This document shows positions 1-12,207 of a stretch of DNA of 64,000 bases, piece by piece. The stretch spans positions 111,521,560 through 111,585,559 of the forward strand of contig NC_068986.1 in the NCBI RefSeq assembly GCF_001194135.2, written 5' to 3'. The notes under the pieces are model-generated. The model saw only the letters and a program-made list of their open reading frames with translations, was not told the origin of the DNA and ran no database searches. Position 1 is the stretch's first letter, and the number at the start of each line of letters is the position of its first letter. Source of the DNA: Octopus bimaculoides. Its lineage: Eukaryota. The position numbers and the translations under genes were made by a program.

Positions 1-284
1 CCTCGTTGAAAACATTGTTTTGTGTGTAGTTGTACAACTACGGAGTGGAATATAAATTTGGCAAGACATCGACTCTGTTGCACAGCATTCAAATATTATT
101 GTTTCTCAAAATAAAGATTTGCTACAACTCGGAATTTGTTTGTGTTTAAGTCCCCGAAGGCCATTGTGGCAAATACAAGACGAAATCCTAAAATGTCTAT
201 TGATTTTGATCTTTCGGACATGTTAATGTTGATATATTTGCTATTTTATCACTGAATGTTACAGATGACACGTTTGTTCGCTCG

Positions 285-369
<85 letters not shown>

Positions 370-493
370 TAATAATAATGATAATAATAATAATAATAAA
401 CATAAGAGCACCACAGCAAACCACAGCACATACCCAAGGCGCACAGAGCTGCGCTCGGTAGTGAAGTGAAAGCACGTTATAAAAATAAAACTA

Positions 494-576
<83 letters not shown>

Positions 577-592
577 TAATAATAATAATAAT
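285..592. repeat. (TAA)n microsatellite split by a 96-bp insert
   Basis: TAA arrays at ~285-399 and ~497-592 flank a unique insert at 401-496. Confidence 0.95.
401..496 (+). mobile_element. 3'-terminal (5'-truncated) copy of an R4/Dong-like LINE inserted in (TAA)n
   Basis: 431-496 is identical (66/66 by eye) to the reverse complement of 50803-50868. Its CATACCCA..GC....AGCTG motif also occurs in the 3' UTR of the Dong-like copy at 21.3 kb. Ends in ATAAAAATAAAACTACTG then (AAT)n. Confidence 0.65.
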
Positions 593-2089
593 GTCAACAA
601 TAACATTATCAGGCACTGGCTCTCATGATGATAAAGAAGGAAAAAACGAAGAATTTTGTTGTACAAAAATTTCTTTATTGCCAACATGAAACCATACACA
701 TTGTACAAACTGTGTCACACGAAAGATGTGAAAGAATAAGTAATCTAATTTTAGTAAGACTAAACTGGGACATAGCACTTTAGTCAATTGGTTATAACTA
801 CCTCCAGATGGCTTCGATTTTATAGTTAACTCTACGTCAATTTCTGTGGTAGTTTGATTAAATCCGATCTTGAACATTTCCTAGTTCATATCCATCTGGA
901 AGACCGAAGCAAACCAATTATCAAGCAGTTTAGATTTACATAGATCCAACAATAATCAGTTAGATAGAGTATGTATCCATGGGTCACGATGCAAACGCAT
1001 TATCTTACCCAAATCCTATTGCATTATTTTAGAATGGTAAGGAGCAACATTGACCTTCGACCCCATAGATTTGTTCCACATATGCACACGCGGCTCTCCC
1101 ACGCTCGAAATCTCGTAACAGTGACACAAGTGTGATTATATACAGAAAATATACGAGAAATTTACCTCAACTTCTCTTCAGCATATAGTGTTGATTTGAA
1201 ACAATACCTACGGGAGAACATCCAATGGAAATTCGGAAAACAAAAACGTAAATATGAAATGTTAAATTATGTATATCCTTGAAAATGGTGATTTATGGGT
1301 TCACTGGCTGACATGTTGTCTTTCTCGTTTGATCGGGATGAGGCATATGATAGCATGTTCATGTTGTTCAAAACAGTATTTATGTTGATAGAGTCACTGG
1401 GGCGATTGTGTGTGCAGCAGGATACCACCAAGTGGTGTCGAGGAATAACCTACATGGACAACCACGTGCTGATGAATAGAAGAGATCACTGGGTTATGCT
1501 AGGGTTATACACTGTTATGGTAAAGACTTTGAAGTAGACCAGAAGAGTTCAGTTGCTCTGACAGCGTGTGTAGAAAGCAGGTGTAGGACCACACACCTGG
1601 GGGAATAAAGGGAACTATGATAGTGCTGCACAGGAGAAGGCGAAGGATTTGCAGAGAAATCGTGATCTGCACACAGCAGAAGAAGACACGGGGTGCAGCT
1701 TCTACCCATGGAATATTGCGTTACTGAAAATATGTCAGGACTTAATTAAGGATACAAACTTAAGGTATGATTGTCCAAATTATTCCAAACGAGCCGAGTC
1801 GAGAGAAGACATAGATACCAATCATATCTCCTCCAACTCAACGTAAAATATGAGATGAAACATTTTTTTTTTAATTACGTCTACTTCAAAACGTAAACCT
1901 AAATCGAAAAGGAACTGCGCGTAGAACAAAGTTCTAACATATAGACCCATTATCTTGTCTTTCCTAATACAAATAAGCATCTTATTAAATAGAAACATCT
2001 TCTTGTTGCTGTTCTTGTCTGTGGTTCTATGATTTATCACTTGGTCAGCCCTAAATGAAGAAATCTACAATCAAAGATTTTCTAGTTCG

Positions 2090-2192
2090 AAAAGTGTTAA
2101 ATTAAGGGGATGTAAACGCACTAACACCGGTTGTCGAGTAATCATTGGAATGAACACAGATCCAAAGACATACATACATATATAGATACATA

Positions 2193-2238
<46 letters not shown>

Positions 2239-2400
2239 CAACGGGTTTCTTTCAGATTCTGCCTACCAAATCCACGAACAAGGTTTTGGTTGGCCCGTCG
2301 CTGCAAAAGATACATTTGCCTAGGGTGCCACACACTGGAACTGAACCCAATACCATGTTGTTAAGAAGCAATCTTCGTATCGTACAGCCATACCTGCGCC
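2090..2400 (-). mobile_element. tRNA-derived SINE, family A (internal TG/CA microsatellite)
   Basis: Reverse complement aligns with 43106-43500 and 37084-37550: head GGCGCAGGTATGGCTGTACG, B-box-like GGGTTCAGTTCC, GTGGATTTGGTAGGCAGAA, central (CA)n, then tail 1. Confidence 0.8.
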
Positions 2401-2638
2401 TATATGTGTGTGTATTCTTGTGCGTGCGTGTATAAATGCACATATTGAGGCGTACAAAACATACATAGATGCGTGGATGAATATTCGCTTGAATATGTGT
2501 ATGTACATGTACGTATATCTGCTCACAAGTATATAATTCAATGTAGACACACACACACAAACATACATACATAGTGACACTTAAACAGATATACTACTTT
2601 TGTCTCAATTTTACACCTTTCATGCTTCCCTTCTCCTG

Positions 2639-2639
<1 letters not shown>

Positions 2640-2675
<36 letters not shown>

Positions 2676-2742
2676 CCAGTTCTATGATGTACATATATGC
2701 GTGTGTCTGCGTGTGTTCGTGTGTGTCAGTCTCTGTGTGTTC

Positions 2743-2816
<74 letters not shown>

Positions 2817-2873
2817 TTATGTATGTGTGTGTGTGTATGTGTGTGTGTGTTTGTGCGTGTGTGTGTGTGTGTG
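2640..2873. repeat. Compound (TC)n/(TA)n/(TG)n microsatellite
   Basis: Directly visible dinucleotide arrays. Confidence 0.95.
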
Positions 2874-4497
2874 AGATCATGCATAATGTATGTTTACATG
2901 TATGGATATATGGTTCTATGTATACACGTATACATACATAAATTACAATAATTTGCAAATTTAGGCTGAGGAATAATGAAATATATATTATCATTCTATA
3001 AACACTCGTCACATTTTAAAATCTTCTCCTTTCCCTCCCCCACAATATCTGAACTTGTCCCCCACCCCATTTGAAATCAACGAAGATAGTGAGACATGAA
3101 AACCGAAATAAAAGATGCGAGATAGTCATTAAAGCTGAAGAGGGTCTATAGAAAATCGATGTAAAAGTCAATTGCCCCAAATATTTTTAACGAAAATATT
3201 CTCAAAATCATGAGTCACACAACGAGTTTTGATCTTGCTAGTTTAATTTCGAATTTATATTATTTTGTTATTGAAATGAAATTCTGATTAAATATCGATT
3301 ATTTGTCTTTCGTGGAATCTGTGGTTTAGAATCTGTAAGTACAATCACCATTTCAATATGACCACAACGACCAACCGAACACAAAGAAATTATTATACTG
3401 GAGATTATTATTGTTCTTTCCTTTTCTTTTAGACTTTTTTCTATTCTTTTTTTTTTCTTTTCTGCCCATTGGCAATTTCTTTTCTTTTCCAACTATTAAT
3501 GATAGTATGTATTATAGTCCGTTATGAAAAGCTGAAAATATAGGTCTTTTTAAAATGATTTCTTAAGACTTTCACGTGTAGAAGAATAAATAATATATTT
3601 ATTATATTTCGATGCTCGAATTTTCAAAACTCGGTAGGTAGTTAGGAGTTATGCATTGTAATGAGAAGTAAACTATAGGAGCTCACAATTCAATGTTATG
3701 TAGCCAGCATGAACAAAAATATAAACAAAAGAATAAGTCAATGTATGAAAAAAAATGAAATAAGACAATAAGAAAATGCCAGCTATTTACGCTTATGTCT
3801 GCAAAACTCGATTTTAATCATAAATTCTTAAAATTCTCAACTGACCTCCTCTTCTTTCTATAAAATAGAACCTAACGCTTTATTTATGATTTCGTCGTTA
3901 ATCATTCAGATAGCGGATATCTATAAAACTAGGAAAAGTTAAATAGAGCATATTATATGTTTAGCTATCGATATAAGCTAGAATGTATAGATGATACCAG
4001 AAAATAGCAGAGGGATTTAATGCGTCGACAGTTTTCCTTTGTTCACATTGTGAATTGAAATAAATTGTGAACCAAGATCTTGACTCGGAGCAACTTTTAA
4101 TGAACCAGTATTTTATGTTTAACAACAAATATGTAAATTTCCATATCAACCATATCAACAGGTTTTCACGGTGAGATACGCAATACTGAGATATTAAATA
4201 CTACGATATTAAATATTAAATTCATGCTAGAGAAAAAATACTTATAATATATTCCTTTTATAATATTTCCATATTTATATAGAGGTTTACTTCGTTTTAT
4301 GAATTTAATTTTATTTTGTAGGCTTTGTATTACGGGATTAGTGGGCAGGGTACATACAAATTCCATTTTATCATTGAAAAAGAAGGGGATACCTTAGCCT
4401 CGTTGAAGAATTTAGGTTAGGTGAAGCACTAAATAATTATCAATATTGTTATATTAAATGCATATCTTCATGTGACCCCTACCTACCATATTATGTA

Positions 4498-4543
<46 letters not shown>

Positions 4544-5068
4544 TCATACATGTCAGGCTTGAACAGAGATATGATCAAAAGCGTTTCATGCATTAGCTTC
4601 GAATTTCGCTTTCAGAATAAATTATATTGAGACCTCGTGCTCTGATATACACTTCCGATTTCTTAGAACAAGAAGCCGTTTTACAATTTATTTATCTTTT
4701 TTTGTATTTTATTTATTTTCTATTTTTTACTTGTAAATCCAAAGGAAAAAAACCGTTATCTTTAGCTGCAGCTTGTGTCTGAAAAACAGGTGTTTATTGG
4801 TTTGACTGTTTATGAAAAATGATTTTTCCAGCCGTCACTATATCTCGGACGATATTTCCACTTTCTCTTCCTTTCTGAAGGTGTTACGGAGATAGCTGAG
4901 TCAGTTGAGATTGCTATCTTAACATTCCCTGTTTTCTACACTTGAAAATCGCTGTTTTATTCATGTTTTATCCCAAGTTCGATAGCCCACAAGTAAACAC
5001 ATTCTGTTTAGTACATTAACTGTCCAACCTTCCTTCCTCTTGTCTTAGGACCCTAAGTAGGTGATAAT

Positions 5069-5170
<102 letters not shown>

Positions 5171-5730
5171 TATTCCTAACAGCTCCGGTAACACTGTATT
5201 AGTTCCATGTTCTCAAGTGTCGGATTGACGCGTTTTATTTTATTGTATAAATGAATAGTTCAATCATATATTATATTCAGAGTGCTCAGACTCACGGATT
5301 TGTATCTGAATATCTTAAGATGTACAAGAAAGTGTTGTTGAAATGCACTACTCGTTAATACCATGTGATGTCATTTTGATACTTTATCTGAGTCCATAGA
5401 AATATGTTAAATTAGGATTAGTTGAGTGGTTAAAATGTTTGCCGTATCAAATGCTTAGGTTTTGATCTCACAACGAAGAAATTTGGAATTACTATTGTCA
5501 GTAAAATTTTGAACATGAAAATGTCTGTCTGTGTTGTATGTGTGTACGTGTCCGAGAGTGTATGTGTGTGCGTGTGTGTGTAGGTGTGTGTGTGTGCGTG
5601 TGTGTGTGTGTGTAAGCTTCAAGTTGGGCGTGTACAGTTAAACATGAATGTCTTGTGAAATTCATGTCCAAATTGACGACTCGCGTGTAGATATATATAC
5701 TGTGCATCTAGTTCCTTAGGAACACATAGG

Positions 5731-5890
5731 AATTATTCCTTTCTACAGTAGGTAAAATGCCTGAAATTTGGGGCGAGGGGGTAGTCGATCGACCGAAGTA
5801 TGCAACCGGTACTTAATTTATCGACCCCGAATGAATGAGAAAGAAAGTCGACCTCAGTCAAATTTGAACTCAGAACTTAAAGACAGTCGA
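5731..5890 (-). mobile_element. tRNA-derived SINE, family C (5'-truncated)
   Basis: Reverse complement GTTCTGAGTTCAAATTTGACTGAGGTCGACTTT...TCGGGGTCGATAAATTAAGTACC matches 12055-12207, 31051-31264 and 46601-46800. Confidence 0.8.
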
Positions 5891-8339
5891 ACATATAGAA
5901 ATTGTCACCATACTTAGTGGCAGTAGTAAGCTATGCCCCCGTATGGCCGTAGTTCAATGATATAGACTATAATAGAAGAGTAAATTAATAAGAGACGGTA
6001 GTGTATTTAGATCGAAAGTTTTATGCATCGATTTTTAGTTACCTACATTCAAAACGGACGAGGTCACCAAGTATAGTTCATGTGCACAAGGAATTTAGAG
6101 TTGTTAAGAAATCTGATTCGAAACTAAACTGGTTCGGATTTCATCTCGCCTGGCGCTACCACGGGCAATCACCTTGTATTGAGTGTCAGATTGAGGTGGT
6201 CCTAACGATGAAATTAGGCACATCAAGGGTGTTCTTTTGGTTGGAGATTTAATCCATAACATAGCAACTTAGATTGCTATGATAGAGATTTATCAACTCT
6301 AGCTCAGAAAAGTGAATTTAAGAGCGATTAAGTGTTATAAACATCTTAACCAAACTTTCTTTCTTCCCGTATTTAGAGGCTTTTGAAATGCATCATGGTG
6401 TCTGGTTGTGTCTTCTCTGAATAACCGAGAACAATCTAGGAGGGAGGTGAGACCACCATTATCCGATAACCTTCTGAAAGCCCTCTACTCACCGGTATCG
6501 ACAAGTTGTGTGGGTAGTCACTGTGTAATCTTCCTCAGGTAAATGCTGATAAATCAAATTTAGAAGCAGAGGTCTTCCAGTAGTTCAGTTTCTTTTTTAT
6601 TCGATGATTTTTCTGCAACCGTAACTACTTTGTACTGCCTGGTTTTATATCTTATAGAAATTTGATTTTAAATCTGGTTGAAGCTATTGGTGGTAACTGT
6701 CTTTGACTTCCACTCAAGACATTACATATTTTCTGAATTTTGATGACAGAATCCAATATATGACTGGAGACATCACCATACTTGCCAAATATAAGAATAA
6801 TTTGCGTTTCTACTTCCTTTGAAATTAAAAATGAATTTTGGTTTTGAGGGTGTGTTCTTCACATTCATAATCCAAAGTAATCTTTCTCTTAATTACGAGT
6901 GTAATTGATGAAGTAACAACTTGTTCTGATGTAATACATTAAGTATTCAGCCAACTCACAAACACACTTAATAACATATTCTTCATGGAGACGGTATCAC
7001 TTCGACATAGTCTTCTGTCAGTATATTCATGTGTTAAACAGAAAGTCATCAAACTATTCAAAAATAATGGCAATTCACAAATATAAGCTACGTTGTTGAT
7101 TCGCTAAATTATTTCTGCTACGAAGGAAATCGGTGGTGCACCTTCTACAACACAGAGAGAAAGGTCTTGTGGCCTCGAAAAGACGGATCGAAAACTTCGT
7201 GTTGTTTCTCGTGGTTTAACCTTAAATCAACCATGTTTGAGTTCATCAATATTCACCGACACCACTACTGTAACAAATCACGTGCTTTGCCGAACTTCTA
7301 CTACTTCAGGGAATCACTTCTTCTTTTGTTAAAAGTGTAGGCTCTCATTACTTTTTTTTTATTTCTAGCATGTTGAATGATAATATAAAGATACTTTCAT
7401 TCATTTGTCTTGTTAATGATTATAAACTCACTGAATTGATACTCCATAATTCGCATATGATTCCGTATTATTATCACGGAGTAAGTGTTTACCATAGAGG
7501 TTCTACGTGACTACCAGGGCCTCTATGTAGTCACTGGGCTCACGAAATGCACTGCAAACATCTGCTGTATCACTTCGAACTGTATTGAAAAATGAGACAC
7601 ATATAATCCAGATCGTAAGAAATAGTGTTCACGGATGGACTAACTTTGACTTACTGCATTTTTGGAATTCTAATACATTGTGCATGATGAAAGCTAACAT
7701 TTTCTAATCATAGTAATAGTTTCCATTTGGTGAAAATGTTAATTTATATTTATACTGGACGAACTATTTCGATGGAAATAAATTGATTTATATTTCTTTG
7801 AAAGTAAATAGGAATCTGCAATGAAATACAATTCGTCGACATTTTTTTTGGATGCTGTTATTTAATATTTCTGTAATTTCAAGTCTAGATTCATAATTTG
7901 TCACAAAAGCTCACAAATATCAGTAACAGTACAAGATTTTCAGTTTATAAAAGTATACAATCTGAAATATATTGTGTACTTCAAGAATTGCTTTTTGAAA
8001 TATAGTATAGTCATAAACTACATACCGGCAAATATGACTAAATGAAATATTTCAAGATACTTTTTGGCATAACACACTTCCAAAACTGTCCTTTCCTTTA
8101 CATGAGATAACTGTATGTTTTAGAAAAAAATAGTTACATATATATTGCTTAATTAATTATGCAAATTAGTTAATTATATAGTTAAGCCTCACATATGCTC
8201 ATTTGGCTCGCTAACCTTTCTGATTTTCCACTGGAGAAGATTTTGAATAAACCTGCCGTGCAGTTCTATATTTAAGAGACTAGGAATTATGTACATTATT
8301 TACATTTGACAGATATTTGTTCTCATCTTGTCTGTTGTT

Positions 8340-8385
8340 AACACAACGTTTCGGCTGACGTACCTTCCAGCTTTTATCAGGAGTC
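8340..8385 (-). ncRNA. Degenerate hammerhead-like motif (paralog of 8714-8759)
   Basis: Reads GACTC-CTGATAA-A-AGCTG-GAAGGTACGT-CAGCC-GAAA-CG-TT-GTGTT. G8 is changed to A; the palindromic AACGTT stem III is intact. Confidence 0.6.
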
Positions 8386-8434
8386 TTGGGGAAAGTTCGA
8401 ACCTGGGTTCTCATTGCTAAGGTATTTTTCGATG

Positions 8435-8492
<58 letters not shown>

Positions 8493-8594
8493 CATTATTA
8501 TGCCATATGCCCGCGGGCACGGGCATATGGTGTAGTGGTTAAAACCCCAAGATACCTAGTTCAATTCCAAGCAGTGACCTGAATAATAATAATG

Positions 8595-8662
<68 letters not shown>

Positions 8663-8713
8663 AACATCGAAAAATACCTTAGGAATGAGGAGCCAGTTTC
8701 GAAATTTCCACAA

Positions 8714-8759
8714 GACACCTGATGAAGGCTGGAGGGTATATCAGCCGAAATGTTGTGTT
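8714..8759 (+). ncRNA. Minimal type I hammerhead ribozyme-like motif
   Basis: Stem I GACAC/GTGTT; core CTGATGA (8719-8725) plus an extra A; stem II GGCTG/CAGCC with a 10-nt loop; GAAA; 2-bp stem III (A-U, U.G); predicted cleavage triplet GUU (8752-8754). Confidence 0.7.
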
Positions 8760-8943
8760 AACAACAAACAGGATGAGGACAAATATCCGTCAAGTGTAAA
8801 TAATGTAAATAATGTAAATAATGGAAACCTGTCGTGTACTTTACTTTGTGTGAATATTATTAAAATGATGTCATTTACAATATGATCTTTCAATAACTTA
8901 TACTGAAACTCATCTGTAAGTAAATTTTTGTGGTCATTTGCAG

Positions 8944-8978
8944 GTGTTTCTCTTGACTTTTGGACATCCGGAGTAAAA
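8944..8978 (+). CDS. Candidate 35-nt micro-exon (GVSLDFWTSGVK) of an unidentified gene
   Basis: Acceptor TTTTTGTGGTCATTTGCAG|G and donor AAA|GTAAGT; only one of three frames is open. No neighbouring exons could be linked. Confidence 0.3.
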
Positions 8979-10439
8979 GTAAGTTTCAAAAAACAAAATT
9001 ACATAGGTTTAAAAAAAAAACATCCATGCATTCAAAAGGAAGATATGTCAAGTGATAGAAAAGATCGCATCAATATGAAATGCAAAAACTTGTCATGTTA
9101 ATGCTTCATAAAATTTACTGAAACTTGGTATTATACGTTTGCAATTACAGCGCGCTCAAAAAACTAATTTTACATTAAGGAGAATTTAAATCTTAAGTCA
9201 CCTAGCAATTGTATGTTCTAAATACGACAGAAACAACAACAGATCATAGGAAAGATAAATGAAGCGATATATTTCCTACAAAAATCATTTTGCATTGGTC
9301 GCTAATTCTTGTTCTGTCTACATTATGAACAAATATACCCTCGAGGAATTGATGAAATGGATGATCCCAATTCGCTTTTCAATTTTTCCAAAAGGAAAAT
9401 GTATGTTTTATAGTGTTTATCGTGTTCATGCGACAAGTATCTCTTGCTAAATATATTTCTGATATAAAGCAAAGATAGGACTCGTCTAGCGCTAACCAAC
9501 AGCAACAAGTGCCACAAAATATGTCACCGCTCGTCAAATTTATGAAAACGCCATTGCACAAAGGTTATGCAAAAGGTAACTGTCATTCTGTTTTTTGTTC
9601 CAAATATCTACTCTTTCGGTTTCCGTGCGGAGAAACATGCCACAATTTCCTTCTTAGCTCACCATCATATTTCATTCAATCAATAGTTAATTCCGAATTC
9701 TCTAATGAACTTCTTATTTTCAGATGCATATTCATAATATATGCCTACTAACATGAACAGTTTATAAACCTATATCCTGAAAGTCTATCCTGTAATTGTA
9801 TGTAGTAAGTGATCTGATTATTTCTACTTACATTAATAATAGAATGTGTAAAACATTTTCAATAGAACATCAAGAATATCGATGTCACAAATCAAGTTAG
9901 TCCTTCGATTATTCTTCTAATCAAGCTAATCAAAATTACAAAGTCAAGCTCACTTGTAAATGATTCATGAATGCAATGATCATAATATAATTAGGCCCAA
10001 AAATGGAACGTGGGTAAATTGGAGAATGGAAACAAAAAACAATTTCGTTTATGAAAGAAAAGCGCCTTAGTTTCTCTCCTCAACGAATATCTCTAATTAT
10101 TTATATACAGTCCTATATATATATAACTATATGACTGTTAGTGGTATTCATTGATCTCTACACCTTATACATATCGTGCGTATTGGAAATGAACTCAAAG
10201 AGCAGGATACTCATATGTTTTGTTGTTGTTGTTAAAGATGTACAACTATAAAACCTGTCAGACAAGCCAAGATGTAGATGCTCAGTGAAATACAAAAGGT
10301 AGCCAAGTTGCATTTACATTGAACCCTGCCTTCTTTAAAAGTGTAGGGCACATATGATAGTTCATTTCTCGTCGTCGATGGCAACATTAACTAACTCATG
10401 TCCGATTATTAAGTCTATAACCTGTGAGTGAGCCTCTTC

Positions 10440-10735
10440 ATCTAAATGGGTTCGGAGAATGCTGGGGCCTGAAGTGGTTGTTCAAGCTAAGGGCGGTATA
10501 GAAGAGCAGGGAGGATTTATCGCAAGGTAGCGTTGTACGAAGAAGTACGTGTCGCTCTTTGTGTATTCGACATTTTATCTCTGCTTCTTGACGTTAGTTA
10601 TTTTCCATTAGGTGTGTTCCCTGGACGACATCATGCTGCCAACTTCAGTGATCCTTGGCGATTGTCTCCCAGGTATCTGGTCTCTGGAGCAGCTGAGAAG
10701 AGTGATCTTAAGCGTATAATACCAAACGAAATTTT
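10440..10735 (-). mobile_element. Decayed RTE-clade LINE, ORF C-terminal region
   Basis: Minus translation DTWETIAKDH*SWQHDVVQGTHLMENN*RQEAEIKCRIHKERH...LPCDKSSLLFYTALSLNNHFR resembles the RTE C-terminal pattern WE..A.DR..WR..V..G...E..R...KR..RK.R followed by a zinc-finger remnant; contains stops. Confidence 0.6.
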
Positions 10736-10862
10736 GGGTCTATTACCTTGCTTGGAAACAGGTGAGAGTTGGTGACAGTAAGAGCATCTGGCTGTGGAAA
10801 CTCTGCCTCAAAATATTCTACCTGATTGTGTAAGCATGGAAAAGTGAACATTAAATGATGAT
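10735..10862 (+). mobile_element. SINE/LINE 3' tail (tail 2, ending in (GAT)n)
   Basis: ATTACCTTGCTTGGAAACAGGTGAGAGTTGGTGACAG...GCATGGAAAAGTGAACATTAAATGATGAT; homologous to the reverse complement of 11420-11545. Confidence 0.7.
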
Positions 10863-11419
10863 TATACATACAGCTCTCTCTCTATGTATGTGTGTGTATT
10901 ATGTATATATATATATATATATGTATGTATCACCATTTAATGTCTGCCTTGCATGCTGGCACAGTGTCTGTGTGTGTGTGCATGTAAGCATGACTGTGTA
11001 GTTAAAGAATTTACTTTGCAGCTATGTAATTCAAGGTTTAATCTCACTACCCTTTAATCAGCCAGACCTTTGAGAGTTGAATTTGATGAACAGAAATTGT
11101 GCAGAACCTCGTATGTGTGTTTATTTGTGCATTTATATAAAAGTGTTCTGTCAAAAAGTATCATTTACTTGTAAGATAAATAGAGTTTGATTAAATGTAA
11201 ACCAATAAAAGAATAAAACACATAAGTTGGCTCAAAAATTCTATAGCTATGGAAAGAGAACTTTATATAAGTACCTGAGATGGCAACAAAAACTCAAACT
11301 TCAATATTTTTGAGCATTATTGATTCCATCGAACATGTGAATTATGGACCTTTTTAAGGGTTCCTGTACTGATGTTATCAGTGATGAGATTGCCTCCTAA
11401 CACCTCAATAGTGCTGGAT

Positions 11420-11780
11420 CATCATCATCATCGATTTAATGTCAACTTTTCCGTGCTTTCATGGGTTGGATGGAATTTGTTGAGATGGATTTTCTATGGC
11501 TGGACACCCTTCTTGTCAACCGTCACCTCTTTACAAATAAAGTAATATTTCTCCGATGATGATGATGGTAATGAGATGTTTCCACATAAGATTGGAAATG
11601 AAGGATACTGCTTGCATGACAATGACACTCACAGCTATCATATGTCAAGGCAAGGAGACAGTCACACACATACATATATATTATATATATATACACAATG
11701 GTTTTTTTCAGTTTCCATCTACCAAACCCATTTACAAGGCTTTGGTTGCCCCAGGTCTATGATAGAAGACACTTGCAAAG
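11420..11780 (-). mobile_element. SINE with family-A central domain and alternative tail 2
   Basis: Minus strand: CAAGTGTCTTCTATCATAGACCTGGGGCAACCAAAGCCTTGTAAATGGGTTTGGTAGATGGAAACTG (family A), TA/TG microsatellite, then tail 2 ending GACATTAAATCGATGATGATG. Confidence 0.7.
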
Positions 11781-12054
11781 AGAATTGTTGAGTGAGGCGT
11801 GATTGAAGTACACGCATGATAATGCACGTCTAGAGAGGTGCCATCTGAGGTAGGTATGGGATTAGCAATACACCAAGGTTTCTGCTCATAATCCTATAGA
11901 TCATGCTGGAATAACTTTAAACATACTTAACGATCACGTGTAATATATGATTAACAGAAACAGCTTGTAGTTTACCATATATGTATACACACAGGCGCGC
12001 GTGCACACAAAAATAACTAGTTGGATAAATTCATGTTACAATATAATTCCATTC

Positions 12055-12207
12055 TTCTTTACGTTCTGAGTTCAAATTCCGCCGAGGTCGACTTTGCATT
12101 TCATCCTTTCGGGGTCGAAAATTCAAGAACCAGTTGTGTACTGGGGTCGATCTATTCGACGGAACCCTCTTCAAAGACTTTGGGCCTTATGCCTAGAGTA
12201 GAAAAGA
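12055..12207 (+). mobile_element. tRNA-derived SINE, family C (5'-truncated)
   Basis: GTTCTGAGTTCAAATTCCGCCGAGGTCGACTTTGCATTTCATCCTTTCGGGGTCG...GCCTAGAGTAGAAAAGA; aligns with the other family C copies. Confidence 0.85.

Larger units (their letters stand above)
8261..8830. mobile_element. Head-to-head palindromic element: tRNA-like head + (TAA)n + Penelope-like hammerhead-bearing tail in each arm
   Basis: 8282-8435 is the reverse complement of ~8655-8822. The centre has CCATATGCCCG/CGGGCATATGG inverted (8503-8513, 8520-8530), A-box TGGTGTAGTGG (8528-8538) and B-box-like AGTTCAATTCC (8558-8568). Confidence 0.8.

Noticed and set aside
197-708. ORFs with poly-I/L/Y; likewise all HT/VC/YI-repeat and X-filled ORFs in the track
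   Set aside because: Translations of microsatellites or N gaps, not genes.
1295-1846. GC-richer stretch with two short ORFs and faint retroelement-like words
   Set aside because: Probably a decayed mobile element, but no diagnostic motif allows assignment.
6260-7310. Stop-interrupted minus frame with GRLHSDY (faintly integrase-like) and splice-like sites on both strands
   Set aside because: Motif order is inconsistent; the plus-strand candidate exon has stops in all three frames.
8520-8580. tRNA gene (also the heads at 28052, 31051, 37084, 43106)
   Set aside because: A and B boxes are present but there is no cloverleaf; each runs into repeat bodies, so these are SINE heads.
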